Shown: positions 7,219 through 15,438 of the stretch, piece after piece
Position numbering within the stretch: position 1 is the stretch's first letter
How the letters are laid out: each line of letters begins with the position of its first letter
From: a virus
Direction: 5' to 3' (one strand)
DNA: 64,000 nt
IMG/VR virus record: IMGVR_UViG_3300045988_148533
Span: 32,001 to 96,000 of that record
Notes under the pieces: model-generated
The model's database searches: none
The model's input: the letters and a program-made list of their open reading frames with translations, nothing else
What the model was told of the DNA's origin: nothing
Position numbers and translations under genes: made by a program

Positions 7219-7957
7219 GTACTATTTTGATGAGGGTGAAATTCAATATGTAGTTCCATATTATTTTTCCAGTGTTGGAACTACTGCTGAAAGCCCTCTA
7301 AATGCACAGACAGGGCTCATTATGATAAACAGGGTAAAATTTGGAAACTGCAAAGTCATTAATATTGATGGTTCATTGAATAGAACTGTTGGTGTTGGAT
7401 ATTCACTGGAAAATGAAAGCATAGAAGGGTTCTTCAATGTCGGAGATGCAGGATTAGGTGGTCAGCTTCCGAATGGCTATGATGCTTATAAACTCACTGT
7501 AAGCCCCAATCCTGGAACTGCCACAAGACAGAGCAGCTTTGCTTTTGTAACAAATAGATACAGTGGGGATAAAACATCTACGCCTCTGGCAAAACTTTAT
7601 ATATCAGTACGTCAGTGCGGTACGGATGAATATCTTTTGGTTTTTGATGTTTCTAAAAAGAGCAATGTAAAGGGCCTGTGGCTGTTTGCTTCATCAAGTA
7701 TGCCCACAGGCACACCCACATCACAGAATTATTTTATGCCTGACAATCGTATTCCAGTGGATTATGTGACTTGGCATGGAGGTTCATTTGGGAATCTAAA
7801 AGTGAATGCTCTGAGCGGTTCAGCTGCTGGAACTACTGTTGCAGTTGGTTCTACTGTCTATTATAGAGTTTTATATGATGATGACAGTATGTGGGCACAG
7901 TCAGTTCTAAAAAGTTTCACACTGCTTAATTCTGACCAAAAAATAACGCTGCTTTAA
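7208..7957 (+). CDS. silent alternative C-terminal cassette V3
   Basis: It begins with the GTG inside the repeat (MTYEYY), just after a stop codon. The C-terminal end GSTVYYRV...SFTLLNSDQKITLL resembles V1 and V2. The sequence is visibly more A+T-rich than V1 and V2. Confidence 0.55.
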   Translation: MTYEYYFDEGEIQYVVPYYFSSVGTTAESPLNAQTGLIMINRVKFGNCKVINIDGSLNRTVGVGYSLENESIEGFFNVGDAGLGGQLPNGYDAYKLTVSPNPGTATRQSSFAFVTNRYSGDKTSTPLAKLYISVRQCGTDEYLLVFDVSKKSNVKGLWLFASSSMPTGTPTSQNYFMPDNRIPVDYVTWHGGSFGNLKVNALSGSAAGTTVAVGSTVYYRVLYDDDSMWAQSVLKSFTLLNSDQKITLL

Positions 7958-7961
7958 GCAT

Positions 7962-8429
7962 TCATGGAATCTGCTTTATTTTACACCGAACTGGTCCAGC
8001 TGTAAAGCCGTTCACCTTTATGTAGTTAGTGTTATTGAGCACCCACACGAGAGCCATATAGAGTGCGTCTATGAAGCATATTCCGTGAATGCTTATTAAT
8101 TCACTTGGGAAGTCCATGCTGCTGTTCAGGAACTCCATGTAGTCATAGGAGACTATATGCTCGGGGTATGATATATTTAGGAAGTACTGATGCTGCCTTT
8201 TATTGTACTCACCGACTATTTCCTGTGGAAGCAGTCTCAGGAGGTCATGAACGGTGAAGACAGGCTCGACGTGGAAGCTGAGCAGCGGTACAAGGTTGCT
8301 TTCATATATGCCGATGACTGGACTGCCTCCGCTGCCTGTACGTATGTAGAGGAGAGCCTCCCTCTTGATGTCAATACCCAGAGACTTCAGCATAAGCATC
8401 TGCTCGGGCTGTAAGTACCATTTTTCCAT
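7962..8429 (-). CDS. hypothetical protein
   Basis: 155-aa ORF in operon-like spacing with its neighbours. Confidence 0.6.
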   Translation of the reverse strand: MEKWYLQPEQMLMLKSLGIDIKREALLYIRTGSGGSPVIGIYESNLVPLLSFHVEPVFTVHDLLRLLPQEIVGEYNKRQHQYFLNISYPEHIVSYDYMEFLNSSMDFPSELISIHGICFIDALYMALVWVLNNTNYIKVNGFTAGPVRCKIKQIP

Positions 8430-8436
8430 ATTAATT

Positions 8437-8697
8437 CTATTTTACTGTAAGTGGATAGTTGTCATATATTGAAGTCCAGAATCTGCGAACGTTGGCGCAT
8501 TTTGTGCCAAATGACTCCTTCACCCACAGTTCCGTTCTGAAGTACGTACCCTCCCTTACTGTCGAGTTCCACAGCCTGAGATGAATGGCTTCGGGAGTAA
8601 TGAACCCCACTTCCTTGCCATCACATATAATCTGTGCATAGGGTGTAGGCTTCGTGGAGCCGTAGCGAACCGTCGTTCTGATTATTTCCACTGTCAT
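8437..8697 (-). CDS. hypothetical protein
   Basis: 86-aa ORF. Its start overlaps the upstream stop by 4 nt. Confidence 0.55.
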   Translation of the reverse strand: MTVEIIRTTVRYGSTKPTPYAQIICDGKEVGFITPEAIHLRLWNSTVREGTYFRTELWVKESFGTKCANVRRFWTSIYDNYPLTVK

Positions 8698-9419
8698 TTC
8701 TCAAACTTCTTACGTAACTGTTCATACTGTCTGCGCTCGGCTTTCTCCTGTGCGGCTGCAATGCGAGCCGCCTCTTCCTCCTTGTATTTCAGGTATTCCT
8801 GATGCTTCTGCGCAACATAGGAAATATGCTCCTCAGGGTGGAGGAGAAGTCTGAATGGAACCTGCACCCACTCAATGTCCTCATCAGTTTCGTAGAACAG
8901 CTTCACATCCCCACCTATGGTGCTACCCATACCCAGATACCCCTCGTAGAAGTGGATGAGGCCGACGTGGTACATCCTGTCCAGAAGCTTCTGAGCACTG
9001 TTCTCGAGCGTGCGCAGCATAGTCGCAGGCAGCATCATTTTCTCAGTAGTACTCTTCTCATTCTTATTAGCCCCATATTCAACGGTAAGAATGCTTGACT
9101 TACGCATAATGTCCTCATAGGAATGGATGCTGTCGTCACCTGTAAACTGCTTTGTCATGCGCATCCACTCCGGATTCAGCACAAATCTGTTGATACCGTT
9201 GAGGGCTGCGACAGGATAGTAGGCAATATGTGGGTCAATGCGCTCATCATTGGGCTTTAGAATGCCAGCCCAGTGGAATGTCCACCGCTGACCCTGCCTG
9301 TCCACTATAAGACCCCTTTTGGGCTGTGATGCTGCCACGTCCACGAGGCCACTGAACCACCGCTGAACAAAGTCCAGATGGGCGGTTACGTTGATTGGTG
9401 ATTTAGGTGATATTGTCAT
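8694..9419 (-). CDS. hypothetical protein with Lys/Glu-rich C-terminal helix
   Basis: 241-aa ORF. Confidence 0.65.
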   Translation of the reverse strand: MTISPKSPINVTAHLDFVQRWFSGLVDVAASQPKRGLIVDRQGQRWTFHWAGILKPNDERIDPHIAYYPVAALNGINRFVLNPEWMRMTKQFTGDDSIHSYEDIMRKSSILTVEYGANKNEKSTTEKMMLPATMLRTLENSAQKLLDRMYHVGLIHFYEGYLGMGSTIGGDVKLFYETDEDIEWVQVPFRLLLHPEEHISYVAQKHQEYLKYKEEEAARIAAAQEKAERRQYEQLRKKFEK

Positions 9420-9420
9420 T

Positions 9421-9675
9421 TTAGTACATTCTACTTGATATTGATAATAAATCGCTCATTTCATCGGTATTGGAAACAAAATCAACCGTTTCCCAAAGCA
9501 CCGTTCCCTTGACGAATTTCCTGAGTGTAGCATTAACTTTATCAGTTAATTTCACGTCAAAAATGTCATTCTTGGAAATTACGATGGTTCTGCCTGACGG
9601 TGACTTTACCTTTAGACAGGCTTTTTCCAGACTGTCCATCCAGCGGTTTTCTACTTTTAGTGTAACTGTTCTCAT
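9421..9675 (-). CDS. hypothetical protein (start moved to internal ATG)
   Basis: The conserved promoter box at 9701-9708 lies inside the longer ORF, so MRTVTLKVENRW (ATG at 9675) is the likely start. Confidence 0.5.
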   Translation of the reverse strand: MRTVTLKVENRWMDSLEKACLKVKSPSGRTIVISKNDIFDVKLTDKVNATLRKFVKGTVLWETVDFVSNTDEMSDLLSISSRMY

Positions 9676-9700
9676 GACCTTGCGTGTTTTGTTTACGCTG

Positions 9701-9755
9701 CAAATATACGCACATTTCCGGAATATCCATGAACAGTTACTGAGAATTTTCAAAT
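9701..9755 (-). promoter_or_regulatory. member (degenerate upstream half) of the conserved phage promoter family
   Basis: The reverse complement of 9701-9708 is TATATTTG. The upstream CCATGAACAGTTACTGAGAATTTTC resembles the CCAAGAAAAATCTTGAAAATTTC motif. Confidence 0.5.
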
Positions 9756-9917
9756 AGGAGGCTGTCAATGGCGTCATGTGCGGCTTGCAGTTCCTTGTCA
9801 GTCATACCCTTAGCAAGGCGCACTCCGGAGGATTGGCCGCACAGTCCAGCAGATAGCGGTACATTCTACCGAGGCCGTCCACCACTTTTCTGTCAAGTTG
9901 CTCTCTTTCCTCCTTTG

Positions 9918-10130
9918 TCACAGCACACCTCCTATCATCTGCGCAACACTCTCCAGCGTCTGTTCTATCTGCATTGCAATATCCCACAAAGAGGGTATAT
10001 CCACTGCCTCCGCAATGCTGTCAACAGCATCAATGACCTCGGGATACTGCGCGTCAAAGGCAGCATCGGCCTGCGCGAATGCCTCCGAGAATCTGTTTAC
10101 ATTCTCCTCAATCATATCACTTTCCTCCAT
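9918..10130 (-). CDS. small acidic hypothetical protein
   Basis: 70-aa ORF, MEESDMIEENVNRFSEAF... It overlaps the upstream stop by 19 nt. Confidence 0.4.
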   Translation of the reverse strand: MEESDMIEENVNRFSEAFAQADAAFDAQYPEVIDAVDSIAEAVDIPSLWDIAMQIEQTLESVAQMIGGVL

Positions 10131-10588
10131 TTAAGAATCCCCAGTACGACAAGCAGTACCACCGCTCCGAGCAGTATGTACCCTCCATTCATCATTGCTT
10201 TCTGCCAGCCGTTCAGCTGTTTCTCCACCTCCACGGTGTCAACATGGTTGACGTAGATGGTGGTGTCGCGGTACTCCACTCTGTCCTTGTACACAATTTC
10301 TACTTCCGGCTTGTAGGAGGGGTTGGAATACAGCGTATGCGTCAACTTTCCGTTGCTCACCGTAGCCGTGGAAGTGGCTGCACGTATGGTGAGAGTTGAG
10401 GTGGTGTCCGTGGTGACTGTTGAGGTTGAGTCCTGAGGTAGGGTTATCCTCACGGTGTCCCTCACGAGCTTTTCAACTATCTTCGTTTTGATGACCGTGA
10501 CAGTATCCCTCTGCACAGGTATGATTTTCGGCGAGCAGCCCCACAGTAGAGCTGCTGCAATGATGATGGTAGTGATTGATTTTTTCAT
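10112..10588 (-). CDS. lipoprotein with C-terminal transmembrane helix (unimolecular-spanin-like topology)
   Basis: MKKSITTIIIAAALLWGC provides a signal peptide plus lipobox. The C-terminus GGYILLGAVVLLVVLGILKW is a TM segment. Confidence 0.6.
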   Translation of the reverse strand: MKKSITTIIIAAALLWGCSPKIIPVQRDTVTVIKTKIVEKLVRDTVRITLPQDSTSTVTTDTTSTLTIRAATSTATVSNGKLTHTLYSNPSYKPEVEIVYKDRVEYRDTTIYVNHVDTVEVEKQLNGWQKAMMNGGYILLGAVVLLVVLGILKWRKVI

Positions 10589-10992
10589 GTCTTTCTATTC
10601 TTATTATTTCGATTAATAGAGGCAAGTCTGTCGGCCCACTTTTCCGTATAAAAATGGTAGTACCCCTCAGAATGTCTGTCACAGCAGCCTATGACTCCGT
10701 TCAGCCATGCGTGAATGAGCGACGGCAGGCCTATCACAGGCAGATACAGAGGACCGAGGTAGCGACTCTGGAGCACGTGCCCGAACTCATGCCTTACCGT
10801 AAGATTCTGCTTTGTTCCCACTATAATGTATTCTCCGAGGGTTATGCCTCCCGGAAATGTCCTTAGGAAGTAGAATCGTATGCTGCCGAGTCGGTGTCGC
10901 GTCTCACCCTGAAGTACAAGCAGCATGACAAGGGCCATAAGGTTCTGAGGGAGCTGCCATATCCACAGCATAACTGTCTTAAATGTGTTCAT
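10585..10992 (-). CDS. membrane-associated HExxH protein (putative zinc metallopeptidase)
   Basis: Contains HEFGH within VRHEFGHVLQSRYLGPLYL, and hydrophobic N-terminal segments. Confidence 0.5.
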   Translation of the reverse strand: MNTFKTVMLWIWQLPQNLMALVMLLVLQGETRHRLGSIRFYFLRTFPGGITLGEYIIVGTKQNLTVRHEFGHVLQSRYLGPLYLPVIGLPSLIHAWLNGVIGCCDRHSEGYYHFYTEKWADRLASINRNNKNRKT

Positions 10993-11011
10993 TTTAGCGT
11001 CTTATTAGAAA

Positions 11012-11057
11012 GAACGGCACTCCTGCGATATAAGTACATCGGTGGGGAGTGCCGTTC
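11012..11057 (-). terminator. rho-independent-type terminator after 11074..12258
   Basis: A 12-bp perfect stem pairs GAACGGCACTCC (11012-11023) with GGAGTGCCGTTC (11046-11057). It is followed on the minus strand by TTCTTTCT. Confidence 0.7.
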
Positions 11058-11073
11058 CAGATTATGAATGATT

Positions 11074-12258
11074 TTACAGGATTATCGGAATATCCAGAAT
11101 AGCCCCTGTCTCCTTGGAGACCTTGATGACATCCACCTCGTCGAACTGTATGCGGTGGATGTAGCTGCCGAGCAGCTTCGCAACCATTCTGGGGGTGTAG
11201 AAGTCTCTCTCGATGAGGTACGGTGACACGGCCACGAGCTGAGGCATGGACTGCTGCCTTCTACCGTCTGACCCGACGATGGTGTAGGTGTAGGTGACGG
11301 TATAGTAGTATCTGTTTCTGAATGTATGCACGGTGTCATTGAAGTCCATGTCTCCGAAGATGGCCATGGGGGCCTCATTGTATCTGTCCACCGAGAACGC
11401 CAGTCTGGCGTCAGGCATACAGCCCTGCACACAGGCTGAGATGATGCGCCAGCGACTCTTCTCATCACCGAAGGGACGGAAGAACGGCAGATTGCACTCG
11501 TTCTCGAACCATGCCATTAGGGAAACTTCGTCCTCGCTGTCAGCCACAAATACCTCATCCGGAATGTACACGGTATTGTAGAACACGCTGCGAGCCGTCT
11601 TCTCCCCTGTCCTGTCCACCACACCCATAATCTTGACAGGTATCATAATGGGGTCATCAGCACCCCTGAATTCCTTAGTGCTGCCATCATCATCGTCCTC
11701 ATCAGCATGGACGTCAGGTGCATCCTTCTCCACGTCCTTTTCAGGCTCTGGAGATGGAGCGGTGGCGTAGGGATTGTCCTCCCACAGGCGAATGTCATTC
11801 TCAGGGTCAGAGGGGTCTGTCAGCACACTGCCGTCTGACAGCATCACGTCCCACCCCTCTCCGGTGGCCACGGCAGGAACCCACTGTACATCCTTACAGA
11901 GGTTAGCCTTATCATTCACCAGCTTCAGACGTACCCACACCTTCTGATTCCTGGTGAGTCCGACAGGCTTCTCGTCCTTCTTAGGAGCCTGATTCACCGT
12001 CACGATGACACGGCCTCGGCCGTCCACCTCACCCTGACATTCACAGTCTGTGAGGCTCCAGTCCTCAGCCTCCTTCTCACCTATTTTCTCGGCAAGAGAC
12101 TTCTTCATAAGCCTGCACAGTGCGTCGTTCAGGACGTACTGCTCGTGAGACTCCGCCACAATGTTCATTCCAATTTCGGTGCGACCCTGAGCATCAGGCG
12201 TAGCACGCTTGAACGTCGCACGGTACATAAATTTCTTCATTTTGTTATTCTTCTTCAT
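11074..12258 (-). CDS. hypothetical protein with central acidic stretch
   Basis: 394-aa ORF containing HADEDDDDGS. Confidence 0.7.
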   Translation of the reverse strand: MKKNNKMKKFMYRATFKRATPDAQGRTEIGMNIVAESHEQYVLNDALCRLMKKSLAEKIGEKEAEDWSLTDCECQGEVDGRGRVIVTVNQAPKKDEKPVGLTRNQKVWVRLKLVNDKANLCKDVQWVPAVATGEGWDVMLSDGSVLTDPSDPENDIRLWEDNPYATAPSPEPEKDVEKDAPDVHADEDDDDGSTKEFRGADDPIMIPVKIMGVVDRTGEKTARSVFYNTVYIPDEVFVADSEDEVSLMAWFENECNLPFFRPFGDEKSRWRIISACVQGCMPDARLAFSVDRYNEAPMAIFGDMDFNDTVHTFRNRYYYTVTYTYTIVGSDGRRQQSMPQLVAVSPYLIERDFYTPRMVAKLLGSYIHRIQFDEVDVIKVSKETGAILDIPIIL

Positions 12259-12411
12259 CTTTCTGTTGTTTTCTACTGTTATTAACTGTAATTTCGTAGG
12301 AGGGTCTGACAGGCAGACTGCACGTGCCTACAAAGCCCACCTCGTGAGCCGTCACCGATACATTATAGGCAGGAAGCCACGGTGGAGGGCAGCTGTAATT
12401 GGATTCCGCTC

Positions 12412-12801
12412 TCATAGTTCAATCGTGTACACTGGACGCTCATAGTAGCTTATCTTGCCTGTCACAAGCTTCTCCGTTGCAGGGTCAACCGTCTTGAACA
12501 GCAGCGGATGCTCCTGCTCGATGTGCTTCAGCCGTTCGTAGTACAGCTCGAGAGCGTTTAGGAGGGTCACGGTGGCCATCTGGCCCATCTCAGCCTCCTT
12601 TCTGGTGGTGTATGGGCGACTGTGGAGGTAGTGCTTAGTGCCGTCCGCACTTTGCACCACCACAAAGTAGCAGAATTCCTTTCTACTGTCCTCCTCACGA
12701 ACGTCACTCACCTCGGTGATGTCCTGCAGACGCAGTGCTCGTGTTGCAAACTCATGCACACCGCTGTTCACTCCTGTTGAATATCTTACATATACAAGCA
12801 T
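12412..12801 (-). CDS. hypothetical protein
   Basis: 129-aa ORF. Confidence 0.6.
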   Translation of the reverse strand: MLVYVRYSTGVNSGVHEFATRALRLQDITEVSDVREEDSRKEFCYFVVVQSADGTKHYLHSRPYTTRKEAEMGQMATVTLLNALELYYERLKHIEQEHPLLFKTVDPATEKLVTGKISYYERPVYTIEL

Positions 12802-12808
12802 AGTCTCG

Positions 12809-13171
12809 TCATTTTATTCTGTTTATAGTATGTGTCGCCGGAAGATACCGCCAGTCACCCATGTCACCGTGGAACTGATACACCGTCATGGGGTACTGAC
12901 GCATGATGCGTATCACTCTGACTGTTCTACTGTCAGGCTCTCTTACGTACAGAGTGGCGTAGGAGGCCACGTCCCACTCCGGAGACCACACCACGCTGAC
13001 GTCACACCCCATCCACCTGAGGAAGCACACCCACGTAACGACTTCCAGCCACCGCTCGTAGGTGTCACTGAGGAGGGCCTGAGCGTGTGCCTGTGAGGCC
13101 CTGAAGACCCACAGGACACGCCTCAGCGCACCGACTCTGTACTGTGTTCTACTCACCCTTTTCATTCTCAC
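12809..13171 (-). CDS. hypothetical protein
   Basis: 120-aa ORF. It overlaps the upstream gene end by 23 nt. Confidence 0.45.
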   Translation of the reverse strand: MRMKRVSRTQYRVGALRRVLWVFRASQAHAQALLSDTYERWLEVVTWVCFLRWMGCDVSVVWSPEWDVASYATLYVREPDSRTVRVIRIMRQYPMTVYQFHGDMGDWRYLPATHTINRIK

Positions 13172-13928
13172 CGTCCTTATTGTTCTCCTTCACAGGCTCT
13201 ATCGTTATACCGCTGTGAGGAATCACAGCATCAGAGGGTCTCCAGTGCATTGCCACCGGAGCGAACAGCAGCATTCCTGTCTGCTTATTAAGCTCCTCCA
13301 CTCGGGTATTGGCCTGCTCCAGACTGAGATTCACGAGCTTCTTACGGTCACTCCGTCCCTCGGCCGTCTTCAGGGTGGTGGTGTTCACCACTCGGTAGCG
13401 TGGAGTGGGAATGAGTGCATCGTAGAATTCCTCCGGTGTGGCGTAGGGAATGTCGAGTGCCTTGGCCGCCTGACGACCGTCACCGTTGGCTCCTATGTAC
13501 AGGCAGTCGTCGAGGGTGATGGGCTTCGCCTCATTTTCCTGACTGAACCGAGCCACACAGTCCCTTAGGATGCCCTCCAGCATGGCCGTTCCGGGGAAGT
13601 GTCTGTCCTTAATCTCGTCGTTGGAGGGGCTGTACTGTCCTCCGACCCACACGTTGCTACCCACGGTCTCCTGCACGCAGGCGATAATCCATCCGAGCTG
13701 TCCTCCGAACAGATTCTGCTCGTAGGAGGGCTGCCAATATGGAACATTGTCCACTATCATGATGGCGTTGGGGTGTAGTTCCTTGAGGCGGTTCATGAAC
13801 TTGATGTTCATCCTAATGTCCCACAGGGGGCGAGGTGCGAATACCTCCCCACCGTCCAGAGAGGTACACAGTGCCCTGATGTCCACGAAGACCCAGTGGC
13901 GATTGATGTAGTCCTTTGCTGTTATCAT
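13149..13928 (-). CDS. HAD-fold protein, divergent paralogue of the PNK-type 3'-phosphatase with degenerate catalytic motifs
   Basis: WVFVDIRALCTSLDGGEVFAPRPLWDIRMNIKFMNRLKELHPNAIMIVDN aligns with CLFIDLDGTLIVTQSGKPFPRGIWDMKLRYEVLDAIKALQPEFVGIVTN of 16843..17400. Here DxDGT has become DIRAL and the late GD has become GA. Confidence 0.55.
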   Translation of the reverse strand: MITAKDYINRHWVFVDIRALCTSLDGGEVFAPRPLWDIRMNIKFMNRLKELHPNAIMIVDNVPYWQPSYEQNLFGGQLGWIIACVQETVGSNVWVGGQYSPSNDEIKDRHFPGTAMLEGILRDCVARFSQENEAKPITLDDCLYIGANGDGRQAAKALDIPYATPEEFYDALIPTPRYRVVNTTTLKTAEGRSDRKKLVNLSLEQANTRVEELNKQTGMLLFAPVAMHWRPSDAVIPHSGITIEPVKENNKDGENEKGE

Positions 13929-13932
13929 ATTA

Positions 13933-14226
13933 TTATTTCGTTTGGTTATTGTTTGCCGTAGTAACGCATCTGTCCCTCAGTGTCACGACTGTGGTGGCAT
14001 ACCAGAAGTTCCAAGCACCGTCTGGAATTCCTCCTGGAATGCGGTTGCTTAGAGCATCCCACTTGCGACGTACCTCTCTCACAGCGTTGCTGAAGTCCCG
14101 AGGCGTCATGTGCTTCCTGAGGCGTAGGGTGAGTTCTTCCGTGAACACGGACAGCAGATGCTTCTGTCCTCTGGGGTTGTACCCCTGCTGCCAGCCGTAC
14201 TGAGCGACTATTTCCTTTGTTGTCAT
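13933..14226 (-). CDS. hypothetical protein (start at internal ATG, MTTKEIV)
   Basis: The longer ORF would overlap DUF2958 gene 14250..14594. The ATG at 14226 follows that gene's stop. Confidence 0.5.
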   Translation of the reverse strand: MTTKEIVAQYGWQQGYNPRGQKHLLSVFTEELTLRLRKHMTPRDFSNAVREVRRKWDALSNRIPGGIPDGAWNFWYATTVVTLRDRCVTTANNNQTK

Positions 14227-14249
14227 ATCTCTGTTGGATTTTGGAATAA

Positions 14250-14594
14250 CTAACGTATGTAGGAGAGTCCGTCTCTGCGCAGAGCAGCCTCGAGAGGCAT
14301 GGGGTCGAAATAGCGGTCTCTCTCCACAGGCAGACCCCACGGCCCACGCAGGGCCTCCAGCTCCCTGAGACCGAAGTAGCCGTATTCAAAGTCTCTGCCG
14401 TTGAACACGAGGCCGAAGAATCTCCATTCACCGCTTGGGAGTCTATTGCCCTCGGTGACGTACCACGTATAGGAGCTGTCAGGGGTGAAGTACTTCACGA
14501 CAGCCGTGGCCTCTCCACCCTTGCCGTCCTGACTGTACAGGGGGAACCCTGCAAGTACCCTCTCTATCTTCTTTGTCATCAGCTTCATTGCCAT
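14250..14594 (-). CDS. DUF2958-family protein
   Basis: PLYSQDGKGGEATAVVKYFTPDSSYTWYVTEG...FFGLV...EYGYFGLRELEALRGPWGLPVERDRYFDP matches the characteristic DUF2958 pattern as I recall it. Confidence 0.7.
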   Translation of the reverse strand: MAMKLMTKKIERVLAGFPLYSQDGKGGEATAVVKYFTPDSSYTWYVTEGNRLPSGEWRFFGLVFNGRDFEYGYFGLRELEALRGPWGLPVERDRYFDPMPLEAALRRDGLSYIR

Positions 14595-14606
14595 AGTCGT
14601 ACCCTC

Positions 14607-14867
14607 CTATAGATTATTGGTTACATACACCGTGTCATTGTGACGTGTATAATTAATGATGTTTCTTGCAGGAACCACCGTGTTGGTGGCGGTGTCCACG
14701 TCAAAGGTGGAGATTGTTACGGTGTCACCGCTTTCACTTAGGAGTCTCTCCATATTTGCCTGAATGTAGGCTTCGCACTGACCGATGAGGCCTGTAAATA
14801 CATTGCTGCCTGTTGCGTCAAATACGCCGAAGAATGCTGTGTTGACTGTTTTCATGACCATTAACAT
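14607..14867 (-). CDS. hypothetical protein
   Basis: 86-aa ORF preceded by a conserved promoter. Alternative ATGs lie at 14861 and 14855. Confidence 0.55.
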   Translation of the reverse strand: MLMVMKTVNTAFFGVFDATGSNVFTGLIGQCEAYIQANMERLLSESGDTVTISTFDVDTATNTVVPARNIINYTRHNDTVYVTNNL

Positions 14868-14882
14868 TTTGTTTTACGGGTG

Positions 14883-14932
14883 CAAATATAGGGTGAATTG
14901 AGGAATCTACCAAGAAAAATCCTGAAAAAATC
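14883..14932 (-). promoter_or_regulatory. conserved phage promoter (TATATTTG -7 box; CTTGG 20 nt upstream; GATTTTTTCAGGATTTTT upstream element)
   Basis: The reverse complement of 14883-14890 is TATATTTG. ACCAAGAAAAATCCTGAAAAAATC occupies 14909-14932. Confidence 0.7.
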
Positions 14933-15286
14933 AGCGTCCCAACCGCAAATCCCTTCGTATCTGTGACGTGGGAGGGTCAGGACGCCTCATTAATTTTTAA
15001 CCCTATATTATGGAACTGAATGCAGTAACGGTGTCAGGGCAGTATATTCAGAGTCCCCTCATACGTATGGACTACCGTTATGAGAGGACTCCTACTGTGC
15101 GGAGGTGTTGCTACCGCAATGGACATAATGAGTGCATGATGTCACATCTGGAAGGAAGCACTGCCTGTTCTTCACATTTTCCAGCGTTGACTCTGGAGGG
15201 CCTGTGCCCTCGGGTCCGCTGCTGCTCTCCTACCCCTGAGCGTCATGCAGGGTATTAACAGGCGTCACGCATGGTGCATCAGAATA

Positions 15287-15319
15287 GGAGGCAGTGCATC
15301 ATCACGACGAACTGCCTCC
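15287..15319 (-). terminator. hairpin (8-bp stem GGAGGCAG/CTGCCTCC), possible terminator or RNA element
   Basis: Read directly. The loop contains TCATCACGAC, which is shared with the hairpin at 15373-15402. Confidence 0.35.
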
Positions 15320-15372
15320 AGATGAATAAAAACAAGACCGATTGTTATAACAAAGTGGTATATAAACGAGGA

Positions 15373-15402
15373 GTCCCGGATGTCATCACGACAGCTCGGG
15401 AC
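15373..15402 (-). terminator. hairpin downstream of the HU-like gene (GTCCCG/CGGGAC stem)
   Basis: Read directly. The loop contains the same TCATCACGAC decamer. Confidence 0.35.
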
Positions 15403-15438
15403 CCCATGCACAATACAGCACAAAGATGCCTGTGTGTA

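Noticed and set aside
9676-9917. Chain of tiny overlapping ORFs: a GTG-start 38-aa ORF overlapping the stop of 9918..10130 via GTGA, then a 22-aa ORF via ATGA
   Set aside because: They are too short to support from sequence alone, although the stop-start overlaps are suggestive. I left them unannotated pending conservation or ribosome-profiling data.
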